A stretch of DNA of 64,000 nt from Scyliorhinus canicula (Eukaryota), in the NCBI RefSeq assembly GCF_902713615.1, contig NC_052162.1, positions 18,348,182 through 18,412,181 of the forward strand. Direction: 5' to 3'. This document shows positions 50,149 to 62,778 of this stretch, piece by piece; position 1 is the stretch's first letter; every line of letters begins with the position of its first letter. The notes under the pieces were generated by a model, which saw only the letters and a program-made list of their open reading frames with translations, was not told the DNA's origin and searched no databases. The position numbers and the translations under genes are program-made.

Positions 50149-53100
50149 CTGGAGTGAAAAAAAAATTACATAATTAATGCTTGATGTTTTGAAATCCTTA
50201 TAGGAAGAAATTAACAGCCTTATTTAAAAAGTACATATCAAGCCATGGTCAACACATGGAAGTGGGAACTGCAAGTATCCTTCTGAGTTACATATTATGA
50301 GAAGTCAAGGTGAAGATTCATAGTGTAGGGAATCTCCAAAGTTTTCTTCCTATTCCTTCTTGGGAGGTGGGCTTTGATGGTAAGGTCAGCATTTATTATC
50401 CATCTTTAATCTTCCTTGATAGAGATATTGAATCCTCACTGTTTTCAGGTGATGGCAGTGGTGAAGCACCTTCTTAAACCCTTGTGGTACTTATGGTGTA
50501 GATACACCCACGGTGCGTTAGGGAAGGAGCCGCAGGATTTTAATCCAGCAACTGAGAGGAACAGTTCTATAGTTCCAAGTGGGCAGGTTACGTGGAGGAG
50601 AACCTGCAGATGGTGGTGTTCCTGTGTGTCTGTTCCCCTTGTTCTTCTTGATGGTAGAGGGGGTGGGTTTGGAAGTTGCTGGCAAAGGACCCTTTCAGTG
50701 CACCGTTTAAATGGTAGACACTGATGCTGAACAAGCAGGCTGCTTTGTTCCTTGAGTGTTATCGGAGCTGCACTCATCCAGGCAGGTGGAAAGTATTCAA
50801 TTACACTTGTGCCTTGTAGATGGTAGGCAGGGTTTGGAGAGTCAGGAGGTGAATCACAGCAGATTTCCCAGCCTCTGACCTGCTCATGTTGCCACAGTGT
50901 TTATATGGCTGGTCTATTTTGTTTCTGGTCGATGGTAGCCCCCTGGATGTTGATGGTGGGGAATTCAGCAATGGTGATGCTGCTGAATACAGACATCTCC
51001 ACTTCTGATCTTGCATTGGAGGGAAGGTCATTGATGCAGCAGTTAAATATGGTTAGGCTTAGAACAGTACCCTCTAGAATCCCTACACCAATGTCCTTGG
51101 GAATTGGTGCTAGAGGTGTAAACAAGAAATAATAATAAGGGCTGAATCTGCTAGTAATGTTTAGTTTGACACCGGTATAAAAGCTTGGAAATTCTAGAAG
51201 GAAAGATTGACTGAAGGAGACTGAGTTTCCATCATTTTCCCATTTTTGTGGAAGACTGATGAGTATAAGTTTCAGCACAGATGTAGAAGGATGAGGATTA
51301 TGTAAAATAGCGTATTGAATGCTGAGGAGGACACCACAGAGAATTTTACTAGTATTCATTAAATAACGACAAAAACAAAATGAGATGGGAAAGAGAGATT
51401 CCAGCAGAAAGTGAGAGCTGGATCACTTAACAGGCAGAGTTTTGTTTGTACTGTATCCTAATTAACACTGTGAGGGATAATGTCCTGGAACTATTGCTGC
51501 TACCCACTGTTCTCTTGCAGTTGACAGGAATGAATGAAATGTCAACCGATAGACGCATATCAGAGTTTAATGAGGAACATAGAACAGTACAGCACAGAAC
51601 AGGCCCTTCGGCCCTCGATGTTGTGCCGAGCAATGATCACCCTACTCAAACCCACGTATCCACCCTATACCCGTAACCCAACAACCCCCTCCCTTAACAT
51701 TACATTTTAGGACACTACGGGCAATTTATCATGGCCAATCCACCTAACCCGCACATCTTTGGACTGTGGGAGGAAACCAGAGAACCCGGAGGAAACCCAC
51801 GCAGACACAGGGGGAGGACGTGCAGACTCCGCACAGACAGTGACCCAGCCGGGAATCGAACCTGGGACCCTGGAGCTGTGAAGCATTTATGCTAACCACC
51901 ATGCTACTGTGCTGCCCAACACCGTAACAGAGAAAGATGTGTCTCTGATGTCTATTGCTATTGCAGGTGGTAGGTTTCAAAATGCTTTTTTAAAAATTTA
52001 GAGTACCCAATTATTTTTTTTCCAATTAAGGGGCGATGTAGCATGGCCAATCCACCTACCCTGCACATCTTGATGTGCAGGGTAGGTGGATTGGCCTTGC
52101 TAAAGTCTCCCTCAATTGGGAAAAAATAATTGGGTAGTCTAAATTTATTGGAAAAAAAAATTTAGCGTACCCTGCACATGAGGCTGTTTAGCACAGGACT
52201 AAATTGCTGGCTTTGAAAGCAGGCCAGCAGCATGGTTTGATTCCCGTAACAGCCTCCCTGAACAGGCGCCGGAATGTGGCAACTAGGGGCTTTTCACAGT
52301 AACTTCATTTGAAGCCTACTCGTGACAATAAGCGATTTTCATTTCATTTCATCTTTGGGTTATGGGGATGAAACCCACACAAACACTGGGAGAATGTGCA
52401 AACTCCACACGGACAGTGACTCAGAGCCGGGATCGAACCTGGGACCTCGGTGCTGTGAGGCTGCAGGGCTAACCCACTGCGCCACCGGGGTGCATGTTTT
52501 TAAGGTAAGGGGCAGGAGAGTTAGGTGGGATTTGGGGAAAAGCTTTTTCACCCAAAGGGTAGTGGGAATCTGGAACTCGCTGCCTGAAAGGGTGGTGGAG
52601 GCAGGAACCCTCACAACATTTAAGCATTTAGATGTGCACTTGAAATGCCATAGCACACAAGGCCATGGGCCAAGTGCGGCACGGTAGCACAGTGGGTAGC
52701 ACAGTTGCTTCACAGCTCCAGGGCCCCGGATTCGATTCCCGCTTGGGTCACTGTCTGTCTGGAGTCTGCACGTTCTCCCTGTGTTTGCGTGGGTTTCCTC
52801 CAGGTGCTCCGGTTTCCTCCCACAAGTCCCAAAAGATGTGCTGTTAGGTGAATTGAATATTCTGAATTCTCCCTCTGTGTAGACAAACAGGTGCCGGAAT
52901 GTGGCGACTAGGGGCTTTTCACAGTAACTTCATTGCAGCCTACTTGTGACAAGATTATTATTATTATTAATAAAGTGTTGGAAATAGGTATTAGAGTGGG
53001 TTGAAGGGTCTCTTTCTGTGCTGTAAAACTCTATGGGTCTATGTAAAAACTTACTCCAGTTTCCATTATCGTCCACTCACCTTTGGTTAAAGAAGGTGAT

Positions 53101-56100
53101 TGGACATTAAGCCAGTAGATTTCACGAGATTGAGCCACCGTTGCCCTGTCATGAGAAACAAAATATATCACCACGTGTAAGTTCCCCTCCACGCGGTACA
53201 CCATCTTTAATGGGAAGTCTGGAACTGCTTCCCTAACAGCACTGTACCTACACCACATGGGCTGCAGCAGCTCAAGAAGGTAGCTCACCACCACCGTCTC
53301 GCGGGTAGTTCGAGAAGGGCATCAAATGTTGGCCTTGACCAAATGTAGATAAAAATTGGTCTTTGTGGGGGCTTTCTGTCTGCACATTGGCTTCCACGTT
53401 CCCACATTACAACTGTGATTACAGTTCAAAATGTACTTCATTGGCTGTAAAGAACTTTGGGATGTGCTGAGGTCATGAAGTGCAGGTCTTGCTTTTTCTG
53501 TCACTGATCCAGGACCCCTGACCCTGGCGTGCTGTATAAAACTTTTCTGTTTTTGTCACCTTTTGGTTTGAGATTATTTTCTTTCCCTATTTCTGTAATT
53601 TTTTTCTCTTTTTAAAAAAAAAATTGTTTTTCTCCACCAGAAAATGTCTTTACCTGACACAAGCTGCTGTTTTGTCTACTTGCTACCACTGGGTGGCACC
53701 ACAAACAGCCATCTTGACCATACCTCCAGAACGCTCTCATTTGGAACCAAACCTTCACAGTTTCACACTAGTACTGCACCAAATACAGTTTTGTTATAAG
53801 GACACAAAATAAATGTACATTAACTGGAGGAAGTTCCTGTATGGACAGAGTTCCTTTTGGCCTTTCTGATGACCATACAGTGATATGTAACTTAGAACTT
53901 ACACTCTGTGTATGGAAATTAAATTCAGTACTTACGTGAATGTAACAGCATCAGGACAGGCTGACTCAGGGGGGATCCACACAAATGTGGTGGAACTATT
54001 CTTGGGGGCCGTGCTTGAGTGGGTAACTGCAGCTCCTAGATTTCCAAAGCACTAAATTAAAAAAAAATAGTAAAATACTGAAATACATACACAAGTGGCA
54101 AAATAGAACAAATTTTGAAGGAAACTAATTTGAGCCATGTGTTGTTTTAGTCTGGACTTTACCTGTAACAGTTTGGTGTTTTCAGGTGGGTCTTGCCAGG
54201 ATCCTAGTGGAGTGGTGCTTCTATCTTTTCGAGCTTCCAATATGAAGCCACGATATTGCGGCCCCAGTATTTGAACTGAATGTAACGTTAATATATGTGA
54301 TTAACATTCTGTCCACCTTTCTTTTTGAGCCTTTTAGATTAACCTGATGGCTTTAGTACCTCTGTACTGGACTGTTCACAAACTGTATGCAGAATTCAGT
54401 AACAAGCCAGTTAGAATTGCCAACTTCAATTAAATATAATTCCAGGAGGTTTAATTACGTGACTTGCCCCCACACTCCAGCCATTAGTCACCAACCCATT
54501 CATTCTTGTGACGTACTGGCTTCCTAAGGACAAAAAGACTCATTACTGAATTGGTTGATGCTTGACTGTCACTAAAGTCCTTCAGGGAAGGAAATCTGAT
54601 GTTCTTACCCGGTCTGGCCTACTTGTGACTCCAGACCCACATGAAGCTGCGGTTGACTCTTAAATGTCCCCCGCTGAAATGGCTCAGCAAACCACTTGGT
54701 TCAAGGGCAATTAGGGATGGGCAACAAATACTGGCTCAGCCAGCGACACCCATATCCCAACAATAATTTTTTTTAAAGACCCCCTGCCCCCCTACGTTTT
54801 CAATATTTTTATATCTGGTAAAGAGAAATGTTTTTTTTAAAACTATCTTTTTTAATGCCCAATGATTTTTCTGCAGGGTTGCCCACAATAGTGTCCGAGA
54901 GGTGTTCAATTCCTGGAGACTCCAGGCAAATCCTGGAGTTTGCAACCTTAAAGCCAGCGTAGACTTGTGGAGGCAACTGGCCTCCTTTTGTGCTGTGAAT
55001 TCTAGAATGCTGCTTAAGTGACGTGGCTAATGCATTGAGGTGTGCAAAAACTGTGTTCAGAATTATTGTATAATGAATTGCCGTCTGATCTAACCAGCTC
55101 CAACATGGGCATGTTGTTTGGGTACAGATTATTCCATTGTGTTGAATAAATATAAATAGTGTTAATAATTATTAGGTTTGTAAGATTGTTATGGTTTGGA
55201 ACTGTGCCTTTAATGTAAAATGAAGGAAACCATGCTCTTCTGAAATCTCCCTGGCTGGCTTAACTGTTAGAGGTTAAAAGGAGCCTGGATTGCTTTATTG
55301 GGAGAATGATACAGGTGTGTATGCTTGGAGACAATGGCAAAAACCTGTGTGTTAACAATGGATAGACTTGAGTTTCCAGAATCCAGAACAGTAAATGGTA
55401 GTACTTTAAACTGTCCATTTAATTCCAAGATAAGAGAGAGTTGGGCTCTCATGGATAGCTAATCAGCATCTCTAACTGCATACAAGACTCATGTGATTCA
55501 CATTGTCATAATGTCGATTTTGGAGATGGGAAGGGTACATAGGAAAACATTGTGTTTTCAGGCTACAGGCATTCCCAAAATATCACTGAATATCAGAGAT
55601 GGGTAATCTGCCAGGGTCTGGGTGCGAGAGATTAGCCAGAGGCTGAGAGTTTCTATTGTTCACCACACATAGATGTGGGTAGAAAGTTTGTACTTTAATT
55701 GGAAAGACCAAATTTGTGAGGATTTAAAACGAGGCTGGAAGATTTGCCTAGTTTTAGCCAGAGGGAAATTCACATCCTGAAATACAGTTCTGGAATTAAA
55801 GATTTCCAGGCTGGGAAAGAAAAATATCTTGGGTAAACCCTCAGGAACTATGAATCATTCTGATAGCAGGAGAATTTAATATCTACTTAAAGATAGTGTA
55901 TTGTCTATCTGATAGTGAGTATTTCTGATTGTTAAAAGTTTTGTTCTATTGCTTGAAGCATAAGTTGCCGACAAAAATAGTGTTTAGCCAATAATGCTTT
56001 TAGCCTATTTGATACAGTAAATGTCTTGAAACAGTGCTTTCCCAAATGTTTTCCCAGTGTGACCCTATTTTAATGCCTTAAACTTTGTGTGACGCCAGAC

Positions 56101-57805
56101 TGAAAATTTGGAGAGGAGGGTAGTAGAAGAGTTTTTTAAGTAAGGCGGGTGGGAGGTAGGGGGGGGGGGGGGGGGGGGGGGGAGGAGGAGGCTTCAGTTG
56201 TTGCCTGGGGCTGGGGATTATTTATTTTTATTTGTTTATGGGATGTGGGCATCACTGGCTGAACCAGCATTTTTGCCCACCCCTAATTGCCTTTGAACTG
56301 AGTGGCATGATGGGCCGTTTCAGAGGGTATTTAAGAGACAACCACGTTGCTGTGGGTCCGGAGTCACATGTAGGCCAGACCAGGAAAGGATGGCAGATTT
56401 CCTTCCCTAAAGGAAAGAAATTCAAGTATTCTGACTGATTATTAATATAATGGCATCCTAATTATCACTCTTACAAAAATCAGGATTATTGGCACAATTG
56501 GAAAATTACTTTAGTATGGTAGGATCCTGAATATTGATGCAATAGGACTCTGATTATTAATTGATGATTCTGGTTATTAATGTATTAGCATCATGATTAT
56601 TGAAGCAACAAGCAACTGCTTAATGCAATAAGAATTTAATGTAATTAGATCCTGATTATTAAGGTATCGGGGCACTGATTATTTATGTAATAAGATCCTG
56701 ATTGTAGAAGCAATGCAATTAATGTAATTTTATCTTGATTATTAATGTAGTCGGGTCCTGAATCTTAAAGTAACAGGACTCTGATTATGGATGTATAGGA
56801 ACCTGATTATGGATGTATAGGAACTGATTATGAATGCCTGAGCATTGATGTACTGGGATCCTCATTATTGATGCAATAGGATTCCAATTATTAATGTAAA
56901 AGAATCATGATTATTCCTGCATTATGATCCTGATTATTGTTGCAAGATTATCTTGATTTTTGAAGAAATAGGTTTTCTATCAGTCGTCAGAGAAGCCAAG
57001 CCCACCAACAAAAATACACAAAGGTTTCAAGGGTCTCACAGCTATTAGAAATCACGGTAGCCATTGCTGCCTCAGATCTCACAACTTCCAAAGCTCGTCT
57101 CGAGTCCACTGGGGCTTGTTTTGGAAGCTCTCTCTTAAAACATGAAATCCTGCCCTGGCATCCATTCAGCTATTAACTCGAAGTTTGAATTTCTTTTCAA
57201 AAGTTATCAATCTCGATGGGGATCGTAACAACAGTGAGAAAGTCTCTGCCTGTGTAGTCCAGGGAATAGTGGGCTAATTAAGGGACTCACCGATTATTTT
57301 GCTCTTCGGATCAACCTCATTTGACTTTAAATTATTGTGGTGCAAGCAGTTAGTCTCTGACACTTAGTTTGAACCAAGGTTTTCATACACACACAGTTTG
57401 CTCTTTAATAGGCCCCCTCCCCCTACATCACATTTTACTGATTGATGTGCCAGGCCGTGCTTTTTTAAAATTGCTCATTTGATTTATAATGGATGCCATG
57501 AGGCATGCCAAATTTGTCTTGTTAGAAAAGCCAATAATAAATTATCTTTGCAGCAGCAGCAGCAGCAAGTGAGTAACTCCAGCATTACACAAAAGCATAC
57601 CTTGTTTTGGTATTCCGGGTTGGTAGGTGCTCGTTCCAGTTTCGATGGTGTAAGGTGCAGTGCTGGACTGTGGCAAAACTCCCGAGTGCCTGGGCATCAT
57701 ACTTTCGCACACAGATGAAGGTGCACCAGTACTGAAGCCTCGGCTCAAACTGAGAACATTCAAAAAGACAATGGAACACACAGTAAGTAAGATCCTGCAG
57801 ACCAT
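50054..57805 (-). CDS. Reeler-domain-only protein (FRRS1 N-terminal-like / defense-protein-like), 197 aa, signal peptide and hydrophobic C-tail
   Basis: Exons 57601-57805, 54163-54275, 53936-54051, 53081-53145 and 50054-50148 join in frame (594 nt) with GT-AG sites. Reeler motifs C-x2-M-x-P-x-H, PY-x-I, YRGFILEAR, G-x-W, C..AVTH, W-x-PP, F-x-ATV..YW. Confidence 0.85.
51577..51917 (-). mobile_element. HE1-like V-SINE with CR1-type tail
   Basis: Closely similar to the copy at 10168-10514. Confidence 0.85.
53081..53145 (-). CDS. Reeler gene coding exon 4
   Basis: ATVAQSREIYWLNVQSPSLTK; gacag/gtgagt. Confidence 0.88.
53936..54051 (-). CDS. Reeler gene coding exon 3
   Basis: CFGNLGAAVTHSSTAPKNSSTTFVWIPPESACPDAVTF; tttag/gtaagt. 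Confidence 0.9.
54163..54275 (-). CDS. Reeler gene coding exon 2
   Basis: VQILGPQYRGFILEARKDRSTTPLGSWQDPPENTKLLQ; ttcag/gtaaag. Confidence 0.9.
56430..56965 (+). repeat. Degenerate AT-rich minisatellite (~20-22 bp unit)
   Basis: Recurrent CCTGATTATTAATGTAATAGGAT-like units. Confidence 0.75.
57601..57805 (-). CDS. Reeler gene coding exon 1
   Basis: MVCRILLTVCSIVFLNVLSLSRG (signal peptide) then FSTGAPSSVCESMMPRHSGVLPQSSTAPYTIETGTSTYQPGIPKQ; donor AAG|gtatgc. Confidence 0.88.
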
Positions 57806-58141
57806 TTTTGCTGTTCTATACCTGACGCTTCCAATAGGAATACTGCAAATTTTTTGCAAGGTGCACTGGTGAGGTTTGCTGCCTGAGATGTTTTGCTGAC
57901 TCATTCATGATAATAAAGTCCTTTCTTTTCTTTATCTCCATACGAAGCACACATGAAATTACTTTCAACGAGGTATTGCTTGTTTCTGAGTTCCATTTCT
58001 GAAAATATTTTAATCATTGGTTAAATGTATTTTAAAAAATTTGAATTTGTGAAAATACTTCAAAGAAGAAATATTTTCAAATCTCAGTATGAAATATACT
58101 GAAGCAATTGTTAAAGAGAAAACCTCCAAGAGGAAGGCTGC

Positions 58142-58148
58142 ATTTATA
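58142..58148 (-). promoter_or_regulatory. Possible TATA box of the Reeler gene
   Basis: TATAAAT on the minus strand ~340 nt upstream of the ATG; motif match only. Confidence 0.3.
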
Positions 58149-58794
58149 CTGTCAGGTGTGCTTTCATGCAAGGCACTGGTTAAAAATTGGAAAACCTTAT
58201 ACTCTCATCTCCGGACCAGTAGATTGTAGCTTCAATTCTGAACTTCATTGTGTTTTATAAGAATCCAAGGTGTGGACAGCACCACACCGTTTCTCGTTGT
58301 GGCAGCAAAGAAATACAACAATATTCTACATTGCGCTATAAACTATGTCAAATTTCCTGCTTTGGGCTAAATCACTCATCCATTTAAATTTTGCTGGAGT
58401 AGTTAGATCATTGTTAATGGTCACCAAAATAGGCAAAATGATATGAACACAACGGTGATTATTTAGAATTATCAGAAGAGTGGCTTGGTGGTACCACCAC
58501 AGACCAAGATGGATGGGTCCGAAAGGACATAATTGCAAGACTGGGACTGCAGCAGGCGATGAGGGAACCAACAAGAGGGGAAAACACATCTTTTTTTTAA
58601 ATGAGTACCCAATTCTTTTTTCCAATTAAGGATCAATTTAGCGTGACCAATTTACCTTCCCTGCATATCATTTGAGTTTGTGGGGGTGAGATCCACGCAG
58701 ACACGGGGAAAATGTACAAACTCCACACGGACAGTGACCCAGGGCCGGGATCGAACCAGGGTCCTCAACACCATGAGGCAGCAGTGCTCACCAG

Positions 58795-61430
58795 CATGCC
58801 GCCCGAGGGAAAGCATACTTGACCTCATCCTCACCAACCTGCCTGCTGCAGATCCTTCAGTCGTGACGGTATCGGTAGAAGTTACCACCGCCCAGTCCTT
58901 CTGGAGACAAAGCCCCATCTTCACATTGAGGATACCCTCCATTGTGTTGTGTAGCACTACCACTGTGCTTATTGCGATAGACTTTGAACAGATCTAGCAA
59001 ATCAAAACAGGGGCAGCATGGTAGCATAGTGGTTAGCACAATTGCTTCACAGCTCCAGGGTCCCAGGTTCGATTACCGGCTTGGGTCACTGTCTGTGCGG
59101 AGTCTGCACGTTCTCCCCGTATCTACATGGGTTTCGTCCGGGTGCTCCGGTTTTCTCCCACAGTCCAAAGACGTGCAGGTTAGGTGGATTGGCCATGCCA
59201 AAATGCCCTTAGTGTCCAAAATTGCCCTTGGTGTTGGGTGGCGTGACTGGGTTATGGGGATAGGGTGTGGGTTTGGGTAGGGTGCTCTTTCCAAGAGCCG
59301 GTGCAGACTCGATGGGCCGAATGGCCTCCTTCTGCACTGTAAATTCTATGATTCTTAAATTCTATGATTCTAAGACTGGGTATCCATTAGGCGCTGTGAG
59401 CTCTCAGCAGAAGCAGGACCGTACTCCACCACAATCTGTGACTCCATGATCTGGCATATACCCCACTCTATCATTACTATCAAACCAGGGGATCAACCCT
59501 GGTTCAATGAAGCGTGCAGGAAGACATGCCTGGAGCAACATTAGGCATACTGAAAAATGAGGTCAACCTGGTGAAGCGACAACATTGGACTACTTGTGTG
59601 CCAAACAGCATAAGCAGCAAGTAATACAGCTAAGCAATTCCACAACAAACGCAGCAGGTCTAAGCTCTGCAGTCCTGCCCCATCCAGCCGTGAATGGTGG
59701 TGGACAATTAAACAACTCACCAGAGAAGGAGACTCCACAAATATCCCCATCCTCCATAATGGATGAGCCCAGCACATATGTGCAAAAGACAAGGCTGAGT
59801 CATTTGCAACAATCTTCAGACAGATGTGCTGAGTGGGTGAACCATCTCGGTCTCCGGAGGTCCCCAGCATCACAGATGTCAATCTTAAGCTAATACCCCA
59901 CATGAGATCAAGAAAAGGCTGAAGGCACTGGACACTGCAAAGGCTATGGGCTCTGACAATATTCCAGCAATAATACTGAAAACTTGTGCTCCAGAACTTG
60001 CCACACCCTAACCATGTTGTTCCAGTACAGATACAACACTGGCATCTACCTGGCAATGTGGAAAATTGCCCAGCTGTCTCCTGTACACAAGAAACAGAAC
60101 AAATCCAACCCAGCCAATTACTGCCCGATCAGTCTACTCTCCATCATCAGCAAAGTGATGGAAGGAGTCATCAACCGTGCTATCAAGTGGCACTTACTCA
60201 GCAATAACCTGCCATGGATGCTCAGTTTGGGTTCCGCCAGGGTCACTCAGCTCTGACCTCATTGCAGCCTTGGTTTAAACATGGACAAAAGAACTGAATA
60301 CCAGAGGTAAGGTGAGATTGACTGCCTTTGGCATTGAGGTAGCATTTGACCGAGTATGGCATCAAGGAGCCCTAGCTAAACTGGAGTCGATGAGAATCTT
60401 GAAAAATTCTCTGCTGGCTGGAGTCATACCAAGCACAAAGGAAGATGGTTCTAGTGGTTGGAGGTCAATCATCTCAGCTCTAGGATATCACTGCAGGAGG
60501 TCCTCGGGGTAGTGTTCTAGGCCCAATCATCTTCAGTGCTTCATCAATTACTTCCCTTCCATCATATGTCAGAAGTGGGGTCATCCACAAACATGTTCGG
60601 TACCATTTGCAACTCCGCCGATAATGAAGCAGTCCATGTCCAAATGCAGCAAGACCTGGACAATATCCAGGCTTAGGCTGACAAGTGGCAAGTTACATTT
60701 GCACCACACAAGTGCCAGGCAATTACCACCCCTACAAGAGAGGATCTAACCATCGGCCCATGACATTCAATGGCATTACCATCGCTAAATCCCACAATTA
60801 ACATCCTGGGGGTTACCATTGATCAGAAACTGAACTGGACTAGCCACATTAAGACTGTGCCCACCAGGGCAGGTCAAAGGCTAGGAATCCTACAGCGAGT
60901 AACTCACCTTCTGACCCCCCCAAAGCCTGTCCACTATCTAAAAGACACAAGTCAGGACTGAAATGAATACCCTCCACTTGCCTGGATCAGTGCAGTTCCA
61001 GCAATACTCAAGAAGTTTGACAACATCCAGAACAAAGCAGCCCACTTGATTGTTCCCCCTTACACAAACACTCAAACACTCCACAACTGACAAACAGTGG
61101 CAGCCGTGTGTACCATCTACAAGATGCACTGCAGTAACTCGCCAAGGTTCCTTCGACAACACCTTCCAAACCCAAGACCACTAACCATCTAAAAGGACAA
61201 GAGCAGCAGATACCTGGGAAGCCACCAAGTCACTAACCACCCTGACTTGGCAATATACCTTCGGTCCTTCACTGTCGCTGCGGCAAAATCCTGGAACTCA
61301 CTCCCTAACAGCTCTGTGGGTGAGTTTCTCGGACTGCAGAGGTTCAAGGCAACTGATCACCACCTTCTAAAGGGCAACTAGGGATGGGCAATAAATGCTG
61401 GCCTAACCAATGATGCCCACATCCCAAAAA
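58795..61430 (+). mobile_element. Decayed CR1/L2-like LINE with HE1-like SINE at 59010-59370
   Basis: ILDLILTN, PANYCPISLLSIISKVME and AFDRVWHQG peptides; family tail at ~61380. Confidence 0.8.
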
Positions 61431-62539
61431 AGGAATTTAAACTGTTTTTAAAAACTGATGGGAAGGTCTCTGATGGGGATGGCCCTGTTAAGGGTCTGAA
61501 GGTTGGTCTCTGTTCGGTATCTGATGGGACGTCTCTGTTCGGGGTTTGATGCGGGGTGGGGTGGACAGGATTTGTGATGTGGGGGGACCCTCTAATGGAC
61601 TTTGGGGGCACACCTACATTACATACTTACCCCCTTGACCCACCACAGGGTCCACTGCGTCAGGGCCATGGTTGAAAACACTTGCACCAACAACGCCCAT
61701 GTGAATCCCGACTGAGAGGCCTGGAGCATCACGGGGACGGGGAGAATCCGTTTCTAGCCCGTTAATCGGATTCAAATGGGTTCAGATGACTCATTTGCAT
61801 CCTGCGGTCAGTAGGTCATCCTGTAGCCCAGTACTTTAAAGGAATTCTCCACACAGTAAGTTTTCTTTATTACTTACAGTGACAAACTCAATAGTGAACT
61901 TGTGACCATCCCATATATAATAACTGCAAAGAAAGATCCATGGCAATGATCAGAACAGCTGCTGGTTGTGAACGCATGGTTGGAGTTTATAGTTTCTGTG
62001 CATATTAAATATAACAGCTCAGTAGGATAGCAGAAGTGAGACCAGAGTTGTATTTATTGGTTTGTGGAAGTAATGTATTTAGCATATTGTTTGCAGTGGA
62101 AGAGCAGCATGAATGATACTTTTGTCCAAATTGACTTATTAAGCCATTTTAGCTCCCATTAAGTTGTATTCTGCTGTTACGTGTGGAGATGGTAATTTTA
62201 AAAACTCAATTTCCTGACATAAATCAGATGAATGCACACTGGTACTAGGATGTACGGTGAGGGACTGCTCTGTGGTCTGATACTAGAATCAGTATGCATC
62301 ACACTTTAATACTTTGATCATCGTAACATTTTGTTATCTGTTAAAACACTAGTCTTCTCTTAACATCAGTTTTCATTAATGTTTCTTCTTGACGTATTAG
62401 AACTTAAAGAGTTCCCTTGATGTCCCAATTAAGCACAGTGAGCAAGTAGAATAGTCGATAAAATGGAGGCTGTAAGCAGAATGTTGCCCATAACTGTTCC
62501 CAACCAACAACAACTTGCATTTATTTATTTTTATTCATT

Positions 62540-62778
62540 TTTAATAATTTTTTTGACATAAATTTTGAGTACTCAATTCATTTTTTCCAATTAAGGGGCA
62601 ATTTAGCATGGCCAATCCACCTACCCTGCACATCTTTTTGGGTTGTGTGGGTGAGACCCACACAAACACAGGGCGAATGTTCAAACTCCACACGGACAGT
62701 GACTCGGGGCCAGGATTGAACCCGGGTCCTTGGCGCTGTGAGGCAGCAGTGCTCACCACTGCATCACCGTGCTGCCCC
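62540..62778 (-). mobile_element. Short V-SINE
   Basis: TSD AACAACTTGCATTT on both sides; further copies ~30702-30928, 33349-33587, 43573-43800, 48390-48595 and 58590-58790. Confidence 0.85.

Noticed and set aside
50901-51460. Alternative terminal exons for the Reeler gene (acceptors near 51195 and 51427)
   Set aside because: One runs into LINE-derived sequence and the other has a weak acceptor. 50054-50148 has the better acceptor, tail and poly(A) signal, though these are not fully excluded.
53720-53775. Exon-like segment in Reeler intron 3
   Set aside because: It has an in-frame stop, and exons 3 and 4 already join the conserved F-x-ATV motif.
56430-56965. CRISPR-like array or other prokaryotic system
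   Set aside because: Degenerate tandem units without unique spacers, in intron-containing vertebrate DNA.
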